Shown: piece by piece, positions 57,701 to 64,000 of the stretch
Position numbering within the stretch: position 1 is the first letter of the stretch
Layout: every line of letters starts with the position of its first letter
Assembly: GCA_040954595.2 (NCBI GenBank)
Contig: CM082578.2
Location: forward strand, 3,206,831-3,270,830
Length of the DNA stretch: 64,000 nt
Reading direction: 5' to 3'
Origin: Balanoglossus misakiensis
Lineage: Eukaryota; Animalia; Hemichordata
Position numbers and translations under genes: made by a program
Notes under the pieces: generated by a model
Database searches by the model: none
Told to the model about the DNA's origin: nothing
What the model saw: only the letters and a program-made list of their open reading frames with translations

Positions 57701-60700
57701 CAGGTAGTGTAGATCGCGCACAGAAAACCGGGCAGCTTGTAAGCTGGGCCCGGAAGATAAAAGTACAACTGCCGTGTACAGTAATCATCCTCGCTCTCGT
57801 GGAGGCAGACTGCGATTGACGTACATTTTATGAAGCTTTACAAAATGTCAGCATATTCTGTGTTCGGACGGAAAGAAATTATAATCGACCGAGAGGAAAA
57901 CTGAAGATGGTTCTTTCGCTTTGCGTACGAGAAAAGGTATTCCCAGGTAGTGTAGATCGCGCACAGAACACCGGGCAGCTTGTAAGCTGGGCCCGGAAGA
58001 TAGAAGTACAACTGCCGTGTACAGTAATCATCCTCGCTCTCGTGGAGGCAGACTGCGATTGACGTGCATTTTATGAAGCTTTACAAAATGTCAGTATATT
58101 CTGTGTTCGGATGGAAAGAAATTATAATCGACTGAGAGGAAAACTGAAGATGGTTCTTTCGCTTTGCGTACGAGAAAAGGTATTCCCAGGTAGTGTAGAT
58201 CGCGCACAGAACACCGGGCAGCTTGTAAGCTGGTCCCGGGAGATAGAAGTACAACTGCCGTGTACAGTAATCATCCTCGCTCTCGTGGAGGCAGACCTCG
58301 ATTGACGTCGTACATTTTATGAAGCTTTACAAAATGTCAGTATATTCTGTGTTCGGACGGAAAGAAATTATAATCGACTGAGAGGAAAACTGAAGATGGT
58401 TCTTTCACTTTGCGTACGAGAAAAGGTATTCCCAGGTAGTGTAGATCATGCGCAGAACACCGGGCAGCTTGTAAGCTGGGCCCGGGAGATAGAAGTACCA
58501 CTGCTGCGTACAGTAATCATCATCGCTCTCGTTGTGGCAGACTGCGATTGACGTACATTTTATGAAGCTTTACAAAATGTCAGTATATTCTGTGTTCGAT
58601 CGGAAAGAAATTATAATCGACTGAGAGGAAAACTGAAGATGGTTCTTTCGCTTTGCGTACGAGAAAAGGTATTCCCAGGTAGTGTAGATCGCGCACAGAA
58701 CACCGGGCAGCTTGTAAGCTGGTCCCGTAAGATAGAAGTACAACTGCCGTGTACAGTAATCATCCTCGCTCTCGTGGAGGCAGACCTCGATTGACGTCGT
58801 ACATTTTATGAAGCTTTACAAAATGTCAGTATATTCTGTGTTCGGACGGAAAGAAATTATAATCGACTGAGAGGAAAACTGAAGATGGTTCTTTCACTTT
58901 GCGTACGAGAAAAGGTATTCCCAGGTAGTGTAGATCGTGCGCAGAACACCGGGCAGCTTGTAAGGTGGGCCCGGAAGATAGAAGTACCACTGCCGCGTAC
59001 AGTAATCATCCTGGCTCTCGTGGAGGCAGACCTCGATTGACGTCGTACATTTTATGAAGCTTTACAAATGTCAGTATATTCTGTGTTCGGACGGTAAGAA
59101 ATTATAATCGACCGAGAGGAAAACTGAAGATGGTTCTTTCACTTTGCGTACGAGAAAAGGTATTCCCAGGTAGTGTAGATCATGCGCAGAACACCGGGCA
59201 GCTTGTAAGCTGGGCCTGGAAGATAGAAGTACCACTGCTGCGTACAGTAATCATCATCGCTCTCGTTGTGGCAGACTGCGATTGACGTACATTTTATGAA
59301 GCTTTACAAAATGTCAGTATATTCTGTGTTCGATCGGAAAGAAATTATAATCGACTGAGAGGAAAACTGAAGATGGTTCTTTCGCTTTGCGTACGAGAAA
59401 AGGTATTCCCAGGTAGTGTAGATCGCGCACAGAACACCGGGCAGCTTGTAAGCTGGTCCCGTAAGATAGAAGTACAACTGCCGTGTACAGTAATCATCCT
59501 CGCTCTCGTGGAGGCAGACCTCGATTGACGTCGTACATTTTATGAAGCTTTACAAAATGTCAGTATATTCTGTGTTCGGACGGAAAGAAATTATAATCGA
59601 CTGAGAGGAAAACTGAAGATGGTTCTTTCACTTTGCGTACGAGAAAAGGTATTCCCAGGTAGTGTAGATCGTGCGCAGAACACCGGGCAGCTTGTAAGGT
59701 GGGCCCGGAAGATAGAAGTACCACTGCCGCGTACAGTAATCATCCTGGCTCTCGTGGAGGCAGACCTCGATTGACGTCGTACATTTTATGAAGCTTTACA
59801 AATGTCAGTATATTCTGTGTTCGGACGGTAAGAAATTATAATCGACCGAGAGGAAAACTGAAGATGGTTCTTTCACTTTGCGTACGAGAAAAGGTATTCC
59901 CAGGTAGTGTAGATCGCGCACAGAACACCGGGCAGCTTGTAAGCTGGGCCCGGAAGATAGAAGTACAACTGCCGTGTACAGTAATCATCCTCGCTCTCGT
60001 GGAGGCAGACCTCGATTGACGTACATTTTATGAAGCTTTACAAAATGTCAGTATATTCTGTGTTCGGACGGAAAGAAATTATAATCGACTAAATGGAAAA
60101 CTGAAGATGGTTCTTTCGCTTAGCGTACGAGAAAAGGTATTCCCAGGTAGTGTAGATCGTGCGCAGAACACCGGGCAGCTTGTAAGCTGGGCCCGGGAGA
60201 TAGAAGTACAACTGCCGTGTACAGTAATCATCCTCGCTCTCGTGGAGGCAGACTGCGATTGACGTACATTTTATGAAGCTTTACAAAATGTCAGTTTATT
60301 CTGTGTTCGGACGGAAAGAAATTATAATCGACCGAGAGGAAATTAAAGATGGTTCTTTCGCTTTGCGTACGAGAAAAGGTATTCCCAGGTAGTGTAGATC
60401 GTGCACAGAACACTGGGCTGCTTGTAAGCTGGGCCCGGAAGATAGAAGTACCACTGCCGTGTACAGTAATCATCCTAGCTCTCGTGGAGGCAGACTGCGA
60501 TTGACGTACAATTTATGAAGCTTTACAAAATGTCAGTATATTCTGTGTTCCGACGGAAAGAAATTATAATCGACTGAGAGGAAAACTGAAGATGGTTCTT
60601 TCGCTTTGCGTACGAGAAAAGGTATTCCCAGGTAGTGTAGATCGTGCACAGAACACTGGGCTGCTTGTAAGCTGGGCCCGGAAGATAGAAGTACCACTGC

Positions 60701-63700
60701 CGTGTACAGTAATCATCCTAGCTCTCGTGGAGGCAGACAGCGATTGACGTACAATTTATGAAGCTTTACAAAATGTCAGTATATTCTGTGTTCGGATGGA
60801 AAGAAATTATAATCGACTGAGAGGAAAACTGAAGATGGTTCTTTCGCTTTGCGTACGAGAAAAGGTATTCCCAGGTAGTGTAGATCGCGCGCAGAACACC
60901 GGGCAGCTTGTAAGCTGAGCCCGGAAGATAAAAGTACAACTGCCGTGTACAGTAATCATCCTGGCTCTCGTGGAGGCAGACCTCGATTGACGTCGTACAT
61001 TTTATGAAGCTTTACAAAATGTCAATATATTCTGTGTTCGGACGGAAAGAAATTATAATCGACTGAGAGGAAAACTGAAGATGGTTCTTTCGCTTTGCGT
61101 ACGAGAAAAGGTATTCCCAGGTAGTGTAGATCGCGCACAGAACACCGGGCAGCTTGTAAGCTGGTCCCGGAAGATAGAAGTACAACTGCCGTGTACAGTA
61201 ATCATCCTCGCTCTCGTGGAGGCAGATCTCGATTGACGTCGTACATTTTATGAAGCTTTACAAAATGTCAGTATATTCTGTGTTCGATCGGAAAGAAATT
61301 ATAATCGACTGAGAGGAAAACTGAAGATGGTTCTTTCGCTTTGCGTACGAGAAAAGGTATTCCCAGGTAGTGTAGATCGCGCACAGAAAACCGGGGAGCT
61401 TGTAAGCTGGGCCCGGGAGATAGAAGTACAACTGCCGTGTACAGTAATCATCCTCGCTCTCGTGGAGGCAGACTGCGATTGACGTACATTTTATGAAGCT
61501 TTACAAAATGTCAGTATATTCTGTGTTCGGACGGAAAGAAATTATAATCGACCGAGAGGAAAACTGAAGATGGTTCTTTCGCTTTGCGTACGAGAAAAGG
61601 TATTCCCAGGTAGTGTAGTTCGCGCGCAGAACACCAGGCAGCTTGTAATCTGGGCCCGGAAGATAGAAGTACCACTGCCGTGTACAGTAATCATCCTGGC
61701 TCTCGTGGAGGCAGACCTCGATTGACGTCGTACATTTTATGAAGCTTTACAAAATGTCAATATATTCTGTGTTCGGACGGAAAGAAATTATAATCGACTG
61801 AGAGGAAAACTGAAGATGGTTATTTCGCTTTGCGTACGAGAAAAGGAATTCCCAGGTAGTGTAGATCGCGCACAGAACACCGGGCAGCTTGTAAGCTGGT
61901 CCCGGAAGATAGAAGTACAACTGCCGTGTACAGTAATCATCCTCGCTCTCGTGGAGGCAGATCTCGATTGACGTCGTACATTTTATGAAGCTTTACAAAT
62001 GTCAGTATATTCTGTGTTCGGACGGTAAGAAATTATAATCGACTGAGAGGAAAACTGAAGATGGTTCTTTCACTTTGCGTACGAGAAAAGGTATTCCCAG
62101 GTAGTGTAGATCGCGCACAGAAAACCGGGCAGCTTGTAAGCTGGGCCCGGGAGATAGAAGTACAACTGCCGTGTACAGTAATCATCCTCGCTCTCGTGGA
62201 GGCAGACTGCGATTGACGTACATTTTATGAAGCTTTACAAAATGTCGGTATATTCTGTGTTCGATCGGAAAGAAATTATAATCGACTAAAAGGAAAACTG
62301 AAGATGGTTCTTTCGCTTTGCGTACGAGAAAAGGTATTCCCAGGTAGTGTAGATCGCGCACAGAACACCGGGCAGCTTGTAAGCTGGTCCCGGAAGATAG
62401 AAGTACAACTGCCGTGTACAGTAATCATCCTCGCTCTCGTGGAGGCAGACCTCGATTGACGTCGTACATTTTATGAAGCTTTACAAAATGTCAGTATATT
62501 CTGTGTTCGGACGGAAAGAAATTATAATCGACTGAGAGGAAAACTGAAGATGGTTCTTTCACTTTGCGTACGAGAAAAGGTATTCACAGGTAGTGTAGAT
62601 CGTGCGCAGAACACCGGACAGCTTGTAAGCTGGGCCCGGGAGATAGAAGTACCACTGCCGCGTACAGTAATCATCATCGCTCTCGTGGAGGCAGACTGCG
62701 ATTGACGTACATTTTATGAAGCTTTACAAAATGTCAGTATATTCTGTGTACGATCGGAAAGAAATTATAATCGACTGAGAGGAAAACTGAAGATGGTTCT
62801 TTTGCTTTGCGTACGAGAAAAGGTATTTCCAGGTAGTGTAGATCGCGCACAGAAAACCGGGCAGCTTGTAAGCTGGGCCCGGGAGATAGAAGTACAACTG
62901 CCGTGTACAGTAATCATCCTCGCTCTCGTGGAGGCAGACTGCGATTGACGTACATTTTATGAAGCTTTACAAAATGTCAGTATATTCTGTGTTCGGACGG
63001 AAAGAAATTATAATCGACTGAGAGGAAAACTGAAGATGGTTCTTTCGCTTTGCGTACGAGAAAAGGTATTCCCAGGTAGTGTAGATCGCGCGCAGAACAC
63101 CGGGCAGCTTGTAAGCTGGGCCCGGGAGATAGAAGTACAACTGCCGCGTACAGTGATCATCCTCGCTCTCGTGGAGGCAGACTGCGATTGACGTACATTT
63201 TATGAAGCTTTACAAATTGTCAGGGCATATTCTGTGTTCGGACGGAAAGAAATTATAATCGACTGAGAGGAAAACTGAAGATGGTTATTTCGCTTTGCGT
63301 ACGAGAAAAGGTATTCCCAGGTAGTGTAGATCGCGCACAGAAAACCGGGCAGCTTGTAAGCTGGGCCCGGGAGATAGAAGTACAACTGCCGTGTACAGTA
63401 ATCATCCTCGCTCTCGTGGAGGCAGACTGCGATTGACGTACATTTTATGAATTTTTACAAAATGTCAGCATATTCTGTGTTCGATCGGAAAGAAATTATA
63501 ATCGACTGAGAGGAAAACTGAAGATGGTTCTTTCGCTTTGCGTACGAGAAAAGGTATTCCCAGGTAGTGTAGATCGCGCACAGAAAACCGGGCAGCTTGT
63601 AAGCTGGGCCCGGGAGATAGAAGTACAACTGCCGTGTACAGTAATCATCCTCGCTCTCGTGGAGGCAGACTGCGATTGACGTACATTTTATGAAGCTTTA

Positions 63701-64000
63701 CAAATTGTCAGGGCATATTCTGTGTTCGATCGGAAAGAAATTATAATCGACTGAGAGGAAAACTGAAGATGGTTCTTTCGCTTTGCGTACGAGAAAAGGT
63801 ATTCCCAGGTAGTGTAGATCGCGCACAGAACACCGGGCAGCTTATAAGCTGGGCCCGGGAGATAGAAGTACCACTGCCGCGTACAGTAATCATCAACGCA
63901 CTGGTGGAGGCAGACTGCGATTGACGTACATTTTATGAAGCTTTACAAAATGTCAGTATATTCTGTGTTCGATCGGAAAGAAATTATAATCGACTGAGAG
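54729..64000. repeat. Tandem satellite array, 243/246 bp monomers, about 38 copies, continues past window end
   Basis: Repeating unit gaagatggttctttcgctttgcgtacgagaaaaggtattcccagg...gagaggaaaact. Two main variants: gactgcgattgacgtac (243 bp) and gacctcgattgacgtcgtac (246 bp). Most monomers carry one HindIII site. Confidence 0.99.

Noticed and set aside
54826-64000. Repeating 64-102 aa ORFs in the satellite (monomers are multiples of 3 with one TGA per unit in one frame)
   Set aside because: No recognisable protein motif, 245 bp frame-breaking monomers are tolerated, and one stop per 81 codons in one of six frames is plausible by chance.
54729-64000. Possible CRISPR array or tandem RNA gene cluster (5S, tRNA, snRNA)
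   Set aside because: No unique spacers; whole monomers repeat. I recognise no 5S, tRNA or snRNA sequence in the unit.

Overview
Eukaryotic, intron-rich animal DNA; a marine invertebrate deuterostome such as a hemichordate is my inference from gene and repeat style, not something the sequence proves. There are three spliced host genes. (1) A + strand receptor tyrosine kinase-like gene (196-8431, starting upstream of the window) whose kinase domain is a pseudokinase: no Gly-rich loop, HRD->HRK, DFG->SFS. (2) An intact secreted proteinase K/aqualysin-type S8 protease (16653-20577). (3) A - strand C-type lectin + GAIN/GPS (polycystin-1-like) gene that stops 10 residues after the GPS cleavage site with no transmembrane region (46923-51060). 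Also present: two partial acyl-CoA synthetase copies, several MITE/foldback elements, a 12.4 kb nest of five transposable elements (Tx1, Gypsy fragment, L2, second Tx1, Crypton-like), a decayed BEL/Pao element and a 9.3 kb 243/246 bp satellite running off the right end. The most unusual item is a young Gypsy-type LTR element (41075-45632, LTRs 182/184 identical, CTTA target duplication). Its Gag starts with a ComEA-like helix-hairpin-helix DNA-binding domain, it carries a TatD-family nuclease remnant before the 3' LTR, and it has lost RT, RNase H and integrase. All domain calls come from motif recognition by eye; no database searches were run.
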